From a virus (lineage: Duplodnaviria > Caudoviricetes), in the IMG/VR virus record IMGVR_UViG_3300030451_003083, positions 1 to 27,348 of that record: 27,348 nucleotides of DNA. The stretch is one strand, 5' to 3'. Position numbers and translations under genes: made by a program. Shown one piece after another: positions 8,337 to 15,127 of this stretch. The notes beneath the pieces were generated by a model that made no database searches, had not been told where the DNA came from, and saw only the letters and a program-made list of their open reading frames with translations. Every line of letters begins with the position of its first letter. The first letter of the stretch is position 1.

Positions 8337-9217
8337 AGGTAGTTTATGGACATACAGATTCTATCTATGTCAAAATAGATTCTATCGAAAAGGCAAAAAA
8401 AGCCGTTATTGAAATCAATGACCATGTTAGGAAGTCTTTCCCAAATCTACTCAATCTTCCGGAGCATCCTGTAGTTTTGGAGTTTGAAAAGTATTACTCT
8501 TCACTAGGGGTTGGTTCTACAAAGAATAGAAATGCCGGACTTATTTCGTGGAAAGATGGCTATGACCTAGATGAGCCGGAATTTGTGATGACGGGCTTTA
8601 CTGCTAAAAGAATATCTGAGACTCCTTTAGCAAAAGATGTTCAAATGACAGTTTTGCGGAAGTGGTTGAATGGAGAGTCTAGAAAAGAAATCAATTCTTG
8701 GCTACATTCCAAATATAATTCAATAATAAATGGCGATTTTTCGCTTTTGGATATAATTAAAAGAAGCCGACTCAAAGAAAATAGATTTAACTTAAAATGT
8801 CCTTCTTGTAATAGAAAATACACGGTGCAAGACTGCTATTCTATAGAATACTGCACCAAATGTGGTAAATCTAAGGAAAAATTCGTGACAGTTGATGGTA
8901 AGAGGCCTATTTTTGGTGAAGGTATTGCCGGAATCCTATATGGGAGAGAAAAATTGGACATGGAATACGATGATTCGTACTTATTCGTAAAGGTAAAGTC
9001 AAATGATACCTATACTCATCCTTTAACAGATGAGGAAAAGCAAGTAGAATATTTTTCTGCAACAACTTATGATGATTTTAAGAATGTTAAGCCAAACTTA
9101 GAACATTATGCAAAAGTTGTGATGAAAAAGGCCGAACCTGTTTACAAGGCAATGGGTTGGGAATTAGATTCGATTAGAACAGGAAGCACTCAAAGCACAT
9201 TTGAAGATTGGTGGTGA
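8333..9217 (+). CDS. polB: Family B DNA polymerase, C-terminal subunit (motif C, palm, thumb, PIP-like tail)
   Basis: Starts MKVVYGHTDSIYV (motif C variant), then LEFEK, KNRNAG and MTGFTAKR. Has a Cys4 insert and C-terminal TQSTFEDWW. It has its own SD (GGTGAAG) and ATG. Confidence 0.92.
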   Translation: MKVVYGHTDSIYVKIDSIEKAKKAVIEINDHVRKSFPNLLNLPEHPVVLEFEKYYSSLGVGSTKNRNAGLISWKDGYDLDEPEFVMTGFTAKRISETPLAKDVQMTVLRKWLNGESRKEINSWLHSKYNSIINGDFSLLDIIKRSRLKENRFNLKCPSCNRKYTVQDCYSIEYCTKCGKSKEKFVTVDGKRPIFGEGIAGILYGREKLDMEYDDSYLFVKVKSNDTYTHPLTDEEKQVEYFSATTYDDFKNVKPNLEHYAKVVMKKAEPVYKAMGWELDSIRTGSTQSTFEDWW

Positions 9218-9224
9218 AATAAAA

Positions 9225-10118
9225 ATGACATATGAACAAGAAATGGAAGAGATGGATGAATATACCTATCAGTGGTTGCCGGAAAATTATGATAATGAAG
9301 ATGAGCCTATTTTGAAGATTACGAAGTCTTCAATGATGAGCCACCTTTGGTGTCCTAAGAAATATCAGTTTGGATATATTGAGAGATTACCTCAAGACCA
9401 AACAGAAGCGATGAGAAAGGGAACTTATGTTCACAATGCTAGAGAGGCTTTCTTCAATGACTTTGATATCAAGAAAGCAGAACAAATGTCTCATAATGAA
9501 TTGCTAGACTATTGCACAAGTTTGTTTCCTGTGGATGACTACTTTGATGACTATATTGCAATTGCTGCATTTGAGGCAAATAGGTTTGCTGAGTCTAAAC
9601 TAGAAGGAAAATTGGATGACTATCTACCCCCTTGTAATGAAGGAAAGTTTGATTGCGAGATTGTAATTCCTGCAAATACAGACCCGAAGTATCCTCTAAG
9701 CAGAGAATACAAAATACACCTTCAAGGAATTATTGATAGAGTATTTGAAGAAGATGGCTCTTATATTCCAATGGAATTAAAGACGGGCAAGTGGACTGAT
9801 AGTAAAGTTTCTAGCATGAGAAAAGAAATGGCTTTCTATAAAATACTTATTGAGAATTCTAGTGATGCAGTATTAGAACAAGCAGGACTACAACCTAATG
9901 TTCCTGTTACACATTGGTCTTGGTATTATCCAACTTCCAATTATATTTATGTTGAAGAAGTAAAGAAATCTTCTGTTACTTCAGTAATGAAAAGTATTGC
10001 TAGGTTGATTTATGCTTATGAGCAAAAGAACTTCCCTGCAAAGTTTTTCTATAGAACTTGCGCTCATTGTTCTTACTTTGGAATTTGTGAAGCCGCTCAA
10101 GAAGATACATGGGTGTGA
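9225..10118 (+). CDS. Cas4/RecB-like PD-(D/E)XK exonuclease with 4-Cys (Fe-S) staple
   Basis: ITKSSM..HLWCPKKY, G..VH, GIIDRV...PMELKTG, EMAFY and C-terminal CAHCSYFGIC. SD GGTGGTGA precedes ATG 9225. Confidence 0.85.
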   Translation: MTYEQEMEEMDEYTYQWLPENYDNEDEPILKITKSSMMSHLWCPKKYQFGYIERLPQDQTEAMRKGTYVHNAREAFFNDFDIKKAEQMSHNELLDYCTSLFPVDDYFDDYIAIAAFEANRFAESKLEGKLDDYLPPCNEGKFDCEIVIPANTDPKYPLSREYKIHLQGIIDRVFEEDGSYIPMELKTGKWTDSKVSSMRKEMAFYKILIENSSDAVLEQAGLQPNVPVTHWSWYYPTSNYIYVEEVKKSSVTSVMKSIARLIYAYEQKNFPAKFFYRTCAHCSYFGICEAAQEDTWV

Positions 10119-10123
10119 TAATT

Positions 10124-10492
10124 ATGAATGAATTAATCAAGAAAAAAGTCCTATCTAGGAATTGGTCTTTCAATGAAATATCAAATCTAAAAGATACAAT
10201 ACTAAAACTATCTAGTGAACTATATTCTGAAATGAAACTACAGGAAAGATTCGATATGCTAAGAGAACTTAGGATTAGAGAAGATTATGTAGGATTTACA
10301 TTTGAAGATATTATGCGACAAGCAGTAATGGCTTCTCTTCAAGGAGAAGTTGCAGGAACAATAAAAGATATGCTAAACAATGCAACAATAAATTTTGGTG
10401 ATAACAATGAAGTTTCCGAGAGAAGTGTGGGCAGGGAGTCACATCAAGAACGCCCCTCAGATGAAAAGGAAGATAGTAAGAACGAAGAGTGA
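10124..10492 (+). CDS. Hypothetical helical protein
   Basis: SD GGGTGTGA precedes ATG 10124. The last ~28 codons overlap the primase gene. Confidence 0.65.
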   Translation: MNELIKKKVLSRNWSFNEISNLKDTILKLSSELYSEMKLQERFDMLRELRIREDYVGFTFEDIMRQAVMASLQGEVAGTIKDMLNNATINFGDNNEVSERSVGRESHQERPSDEKEDSKNEE

Positions 10493-11453
10493 ATATACTG
10501 CGTTTGTAAAATCGCAGAATAATCGCACTAATGTTTATACTACAGTCTATGACTTTGAGAAGTTTAGTGAGATGGCAAAGATTGACTCTAGTGTAATTCT
10601 AGATAGAATCTTTTTGGACTTTGATGCTCATGGAGATAAGTTGGACAATGCCTTTGAAGATTTGAAAATGGTTCTAGAATATGTCATCACAAATGACATA
10701 GAACATAATTGCTTTTTCTCCGGAAGAGGTTTTCATCTATTTTTGTTTGGAGAAGTTACTAATGATATTCGTAATATTCAAGCATACTTTAGAGTAATTA
10801 AGAATTATCTAAAACAGAATACAAACTATGAGATTACTCTCGATGATAGAGTTGGACAATCCACAAGATTAAGAAGAGTCCCTAATACTGTAAATATGTC
10901 TAGTAGAAATGCAGACGGAATACCATACTATTGTATTCCTATTTTCTACGAAGATTTGGTAAGAGGATTAGACCATGTTCTCAAGTTGGCAGAAAAGCCT
11001 AGACTTATACCTAAAAGAAAAACAGGTTCTAAGAAAATAGTTTGGCCTAAAGCCAAGCCACTAGATTCTGTAAAGGGAGAAGTATCTCCTGTAATCTTTG
11101 AAGGAAGACTTCCTCTACTTCCTTGTTTGCATAGTGCAATCATGGTAGAGAATCCTAGTCATATGGCTAGGGCATATCTTGTATCTTGGTATAGAGATTT
11201 ATTATCGGGATGTAGGAAAGGACTAAACAATGAGCAAAAGTCCGAGATTTTGGAAAAGGTTGTAGATGAAATTAAATGGATTGCTACAACGCATGATGAA
11301 GTGTGGCTAGATTGGGATGAAGCCGAAACTAGAAAACATGCAAGATTCACGGTATTTGGGGAATACTCCACGCCCCATTGCCAAACCAAACTGATACCCG
11401 AAGGGTATTGTATTGGTAGATGTTGGAGATACCCCGAAGAGGTGAAAGAATGA
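10407..11453 (+). CDS. priS: Archaeo-eukaryotic primase, catalytic PriS domain fused to PriL C-terminal Cys4 domain
   Basis: Motif I IFLDFD, motif II FSGRGFH, motif III region DRVGQSTRLRRVPNT. The C-terminal part LPCL...PSHMAR...YSTPHC...YCIGRC matches the PriL-CTD pattern. SD GGTGA precedes ATG 10407. Confidence 0.88.
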   Translation: MKFPREVWAGSHIKNAPQMKRKIVRTKSEYTAFVKSQNNRTNVYTTVYDFEKFSEMAKIDSSVILDRIFLDFDAHGDKLDNAFEDLKMVLEYVITNDIEHNCFFSGRGFHLFLFGEVTNDIRNIQAYFRVIKNYLKQNTNYEITLDDRVGQSTRLRRVPNTVNMSSRNADGIPYYCIPIFYEDLVRGLDHVLKLAEKPRLIPKRKTGSKKIVWPKAKPLDSVKGEVSPVIFEGRLPLLPCLHSAIMVENPSHMARAYLVSWYRDLLSGCRKGLNNEQKSEILEKVVDEIKWIATTHDEVWLDWDEAETRKHARFTVFGEYSTPHCQTKLIPEGYCIGRCWRYPEEVKE

Positions 11454-11581
11454 ATATAGATAGTTTAACACACGCAAGTATATGTTTAGATAACGCATTA
11501 GAAGAAGCACTGAAAGGAAATCCCGAAAAAGCAAGGGAATACATTCGTAAGGCAAAAGAAAGTTTGGAGTGGTTTGAATGA
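11450..11581 (+). CDS. Small helical-hairpin protein (43 aa; not in ORF track)
   Basis: MNIDSLTHASICLDNALEEALKGNPEKAREYIRKAKESLEWFE*. SD GAGGTGA and ATGA overlaps at both ends. Confidence 0.6.
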   Translation: MNIDSLTHASICLDNALEEALKGNPEKAREYIRKAKESLEWFE

Positions 11582-11664
11582 AACAATTAACACTAGATGA
11601 TTTTGGATTAATGATGGAAGGACAAACTAAGTTAAGTGATTTTTATGTTAGTGATAGACAGTAG
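11578..11664 (+). CDS. 28-aa micropeptide with two tandem PIP-box-like motifs (not in ORF track)
   Basis: MKQLTLDDFGLMMEGQTKLSDFYVSDRQ*. SD GGAGTGG and ATGA coupling to the upstream stop. It fills the gap before the XPF gene. Confidence 0.6.
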   Translation: MKQLTLDDFGLMMEGQTKLSDFYVSDRQ

Positions 11665-12340
11665 AGAAAAGAAAGGTTCTCTACTCGTAGATTTGGTAGA
11701 GCAAAAAGCCAAGTCTATGAATATCAAAACAGAAAAGAAATGGCTTGAGATTGGAGACTATGTTTTTGATGATGTTTGCTTTGAAGCAAAGTCCGTTGTA
11801 GATTTTATTGGTTCTGTAATGTCTAAGAGAATTTGGACTCAGATTGACAATATGGATAGACACTATAACCATAACATCGTTATTATCTATGGCTCTCTTA
11901 CCGAAGGCATTAATAACATAATGCAGAATAGCAAATCTAAGTTGCCTCCTCCTGCGAGGTCTGTAATGCTAAACAATAAGTTTCTAGGTGGTTTAGGAAG
12001 AATCACATTAGATACAGATTGTAAAGCATTTTGGGTTCCAACGGAGACAGAAGCGGCTAAGATAATAACTGCAATCTGCAAAATGAAACCGATAGAAAGA
12101 GAAGTAATAAGACCGGAATTATTCAAAAGAATTACTACTGACGATTTAAGATTAGATTTGCTATCGGGCATAAAAGGCTTATCAGTTAAGAAAGCCAAAG
12201 AACTCCTAAAGGAGTTTGGTTCCATTATGGAAATAGGGGAACAGACGGTTGACGAACTGAAACAAATAGATGGTATCGGAACTACCATTGCCGAAAGAAT
12301 ATTGAAAGTTCTGAACAATGAAGATAAGGTGAAAATATGA
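11645..12340 (+). CDS. XPF/ERCC4 (Hef-like) structure-specific nuclease with HhH domain
   Basis: LVIDSRE, LEIGDY and FEAKS..DF..S (ERKxxxD variant); C-terminal HhH2 (IKGLSVKKA, IDGIGTTIAERI). Confidence 0.9.
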   Translation: MLVIDSREKKGSLLVDLVEQKAKSMNIKTEKKWLEIGDYVFDDVCFEAKSVVDFIGSVMSKRIWTQIDNMDRHYNHNIVIIYGSLTEGINNIMQNSKSKLPPPARSVMLNNKFLGGLGRITLDTDCKAFWVPTETEAAKIITAICKMKPIEREVIRPELFKRITTDDLRLDLLSGIKGLSVKKAKELLKEFGSIMEIGEQTVDELKQIDGIGTTIAERILKVLNNEDKVKI

Positions 12341-13860
12341 ATGAAGATATAAATATAGATGAGTTGGCAGAACTTGTAGATATTCCCGAAGAATATCACG
12401 GTCTTGCCTTAGAGGAAAGTATGCCTAAGTTGGTAGAAGATTGGACTAATGCAGTAGTTAGTGTTTCTAAGAAAAATGACATACCTGCAACAACTTCTTT
12501 CTTCGTTATCTTAGGACAGATAACAAAAGACTTCGTGAGAATTCCTAGAGGAGAAAATACTGAAGATAGTAGAATACATTTCTGTTGGATGCAGACTTCC
12601 GGTAGTGGAAAAAGCACACTATGGAACTTCGTACACAAGGTAAACGATGAAGTAAACGAAAAGATAAATCTCTTTGAGGGAACTAATATTATCGAAGAAC
12701 CCGATGTATATATTCCAAACAGATATGACCTTTTCGATATCATAGACTATACTGATGCCGCTTTGATTGGGTTCTATGAGAAGATAGATAATCCGGAACT
12801 TGAAGAATATAGAGCATTGAGTTATGAGGATAGAGAAGATACTCCACAACCGGAGAAGTATATTTTTGAAAGAAGGTCGGGCGCATTAGAAGGAAATGGT
12901 TTAGCCCATTGGGATGAATTCGAATACTCCGGTATTTTCAAACAAGGACAACACAAAGAAAATGCCGTAGTTTACATGAATACCTTCATGAATACTTTGG
13001 AAGGTGATGCTTGCGTTATTACTAAGAAATTGAAAGAAGGTCACATAATGGAATGTCGTTGTGAAAGGTCTGTATGGGCTAGCACATATATTCCTCGCCA
13101 CTTACAAAAAGTAATCACTAGCAATGGAGTATTACAAAGAATGTTAATCTATGTAAGAGAAGTTCCCGAAGAAGAAATTGATGAAATGAATTTGGAAACA
13201 ATTGCACTTTCTGGAATAAGAATCAATACAGAAAAAGATGTATCGAAGTTTTCTAATGCTTTGTTCAGACTATACACTGATGTAAAAGCCGAGTTTATTC
13301 AGAATGGTTCTGACCCATTCTCTACAATAAAATATAGTGCAGGGTTTGCAGAAGCATTGGTAAATGAATATAAGAAGATGAGAGACTACATCAAATCTTG
13401 CCATCCGGAAATCCGCAAAGTAGTTAGGACTTTTATAACAAGAATGAATGTTCAACTTCTCAAACTTTCCGTTCTTTGTTGTATTGCTAACAGTCCTAGC
13501 GTAAAAGACCCAACTAAGAAGTTCATTGTTACTCCAACGCATGTTAGACAGGCATATATTTTAACCCAACAATGTTATATCACATTGGTAGAGTGGCTAG
13601 AACAGAGCCTCAAGGTTCATAACTCGGTATTGACTCAAGCGAAGTCTAGTATATTCGTAGATAAATACACAGAGATGATTAACGAAGGAGAAGGAAACGA
13701 TGGATTCATCAGTAAGCCTAAACTGTTTGCTAGAGTCCAAGTATCCGGAGTTTCTAGAGCGCAGTGTTACAGAGATTGGAAACATGCAGAAAAGAAATTT
13801 ACTTTGGATACTAAGGGAAGGTCAGTATTCGTTAAATTGAAAGGAGATGAAAAGAAATGA
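12337..13860 (+). CDS. MCM-like AAA+ helicase (ATPase domain plus C-terminal wHTH, no N-terminal Zn/OB domain)
   Basis: Walker A QTSGSGKST, TDAALIG...RSGALEG, Walker B HWDEF, Arg finger GVLQRM, ITRMNVQLLKLS and VTPTHVRQA. These follow the order of MCM/DUF3987-type AAA+ motifs. Confidence 0.7.
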   Translation: MNEDINIDELAELVDIPEEYHGLALEESMPKLVEDWTNAVVSVSKKNDIPATTSFFVILGQITKDFVRIPRGENTEDSRIHFCWMQTSGSGKSTLWNFVHKVNDEVNEKINLFEGTNIIEEPDVYIPNRYDLFDIIDYTDAALIGFYEKIDNPELEEYRALSYEDREDTPQPEKYIFERRSGALEGNGLAHWDEFEYSGIFKQGQHKENAVVYMNTFMNTLEGDACVITKKLKEGHIMECRCERSVWASTYIPRHLQKVITSNGVLQRMLIYVREVPEEEIDEMNLETIALSGIRINTEKDVSKFSNALFRLYTDVKAEFIQNGSDPFSTIKYSAGFAEALVNEYKKMRDYIKSCHPEIRKVVRTFITRMNVQLLKLSVLCCIANSPSVKDPTKKFIVTPTHVRQAYILTQQCYITLVEWLEQSLKVHNSVLTQAKSSIFVDKYTEMINEGEGNDGFISKPKLFARVQVSGVSRAQCYRDWKHAEKKFTLDTKGRSVFVKLKGDEKK

Positions 13861-14099
13861 TATGGGAAAACCATTTTTTAGTGTTTGATGTAACTAAAGG
13901 GCCAAAGGTCATAATTGAAGCATTGAATACTTATGGAGAAGAAGGTTGGGAATGTGCATCTATGATTGCAGTAGCAAATACTAACATCGTAGCCTTCTTA
14001 AAGAGAAGAACAGACATAACAGATGAACAACCAAAGGATGAACAAGCAGACAAACTTGCTAAATTGTGGGGAAGTCCTGCTAATAACAAGAAGGAGTGA
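13857..14099 (+). CDS. DUF4177-like small protein
   Basis: WE...ALNTYGEEGWECAS...AFLKR pattern typical of DUF4177. Confidence 0.7.
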   Translation: MIWENHFLVFDVTKGPKVIIEALNTYGEEGWECASMIAVANTNIVAFLKRRTDITDEQPKDEQADKLAKLWGSPANNKKE

Positions 14100-14104
14100 A
14101 TACC

Positions 14105-14695
14105 ATGTCCGTGTTAGCCATTGACTTAGAAACAAAGAACATGTCTTATGAGATTGGAGGGTTTGCCAATACTCACATGTTCCAAGTTTCTACAGTGGCA
14201 ACATGGGATGGTACTAGCGGAACAGTCTACGCAGATGTTCCTCTAGATTTCGCTAAGTCCGATGTTGTGGTAAAACCACTATCGCAATTAAAGTATGATT
14301 TAGATGACCACTTTCAAAAAGGTGGAAAGTTACTAGGCCATAATATTGCGGCATTTGATTTGCCTGTTTTGAGAGATGCTATGGATATTTACTGTGTTCG
14401 AAAATACTTGAAAGAGGAACAGTATATTGATACTAGCAAACTATTAGTTAAGGAGCATGGAGAAAGATTTCAATTGAAAAATTTGGTAAAGTGTTCTCTG
14501 TCTGATTCTAAACTTATGGAAAGTGCAGATGCTCCTAAACTTTGGAAAGCAGGAAACCATAAAGAAGTGGTAGAGTATTGTTTGAAAGATACTCAGTTAG
14601 TCTATGACCTATGGAAATATGGTCAAGAAAATACTTTTGTTAAAGCATTCTCGATAGAGAAAGAAAAATTTGTAGAATTAGGAGTTGATTGGTAA
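14105..14695 (+). CDS. RNase H-fold DEDD 3'-5' exonuclease (YprB/RNase_H_2-like)
   Basis: ExoI AIDLET, ExoII GHNIAAFDLPVL, YIDT and ExoIII EYCLKD. SD GGAGTGA. Confidence 0.85.
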   Translation: MSVLAIDLETKNMSYEIGGFANTHMFQVSTVATWDGTSGTVYADVPLDFAKSDVVVKPLSQLKYDLDDHFQKGGKLLGHNIAAFDLPVLRDAMDIYCVRKYLKEEQYIDTSKLLVKEHGERFQLKNLVKCSLSDSKLMESADAPKLWKAGNHKEVVEYCLKDTQLVYDLWKYGQENTFVKAFSIEKEKFVELGVDW

Positions 14696-14847
14696 TGAGT
14701 ACAACAGAATGGTTGGGTCTAATCCTCTTTCTAATTATCGTGACATTGTTGTTCTTTGCAGCATTTGGTGGTTCTAAACTACAAGATTCAACTGTAGAAG
14801 AATACCTTTCACGATTGATGAAGGAAGAGGAGAAGCGTGGGCCTTAG
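14695..14847 (+). CDS. Small single-TM membrane protein (50 aa; not in ORF track)
   Basis: MSTTEWLGLILFLIIVTLLFFAAFGGSKLQDSTVEEYLSRLMKEEEKRGP*; TAATG overlap with the upstream stop. Confidence 0.65.
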   Translation: MSTTEWLGLILFLIIVTLLFFAAFGGSKLQDSTVEEYLSRLMKEEEKRGP

Positions 14848-14980
14848 AAAAAAGTGCCGTTATTGCGGCTCGCAAACAATTGCGAGAAGATTAATGGGAT
14901 TCTATCTAGGGTCTAATGATAAAACAGAATTGTGGGAATGTAGAGAGTGCTTTGGCATTTGGTCAAATAAAACAAAATAA
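14837..14980 (+). CDS. Stand-alone Zn-ribbon protein, TFIIS/TFS C-ribbon spacing (47 aa; not in ORF track)
   Basis: GTG start after GAGGAG. MGLRKKCRYCGSQTIARRLMGFYLGSNDKTELWECRECFGIWSNKTK* has C-x2-C-x24-C-x2-C-x3-W. Confidence 0.65.
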   Translation: MGLRKKCRYCGSQTIARRLMGFYLGSNDKTELWECRECFGIWSNKTK

Positions 14981-15016
14981 AGGGGTCGCCTTCGGGCGGC
15001 CCCTAACTTTTTTTTT
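14981..15016 (+). terminator. Hairpin plus U-tract terminator, probably bidirectional
   Basis: AGGGGTCGCC-TTCG-GGCGGCCCCT forms a 10-bp stem with a cUUCGg loop, followed by AAC and T9. It is preceded by an A-rich tract (U-rich on the minus strand) and lies between convergent operons. Confidence 0.85.
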
Positions 15017-15127
15017 GGATTTTTAAAAATCTGGGAAAATAAGGCATTTTTTCTATCGTAAAAAATACTATTTTAATTTTGCACATTTTATACTTAATCT
15101 AATTGAGTAAAGAACTTACTTTAGAAA

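Noticed and set aside
6756-8341. ATGGAAGTA (MEV) / ATGAAGGTA (MKV) as a target-site duplication flanking a mobile element
   Set aside because: The match is only 7/9. Joining at this overlap would shorten the conserved spacing to motif C, and there is no transposase or integrase in the gap.
6740-8362. Split intein or self-splicing intron explaining the polB interruption
   Set aside because: There are no intein N- or C-terminal motifs and no recognisable group I/II core. The gap is filled with SD-led, coupled ORFs, and the second half has its own SD and ATG.
8345-8362. YGHTDS as evidence of an inactivated polymerase or pseudogene
   Set aside because: The substituted Asp is the first of DTD. 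The metal-binding second Asp and the motif A Asp are intact, and both ORFs are uninterrupted.
9225-10118. CRISPR-Cas locus suggested by the Cas4-like gene
   Set aside because: No repeat-spacer array or other cas genes are visible in the window.
385-13785. Minus-strand ORFs within the replication operon (e.g. 11887-12399, 12396-12743)
   Set aside because: They are antisense shadows of well-supported plus-strand genes, with F/S/L/I-rich composition and no motifs.
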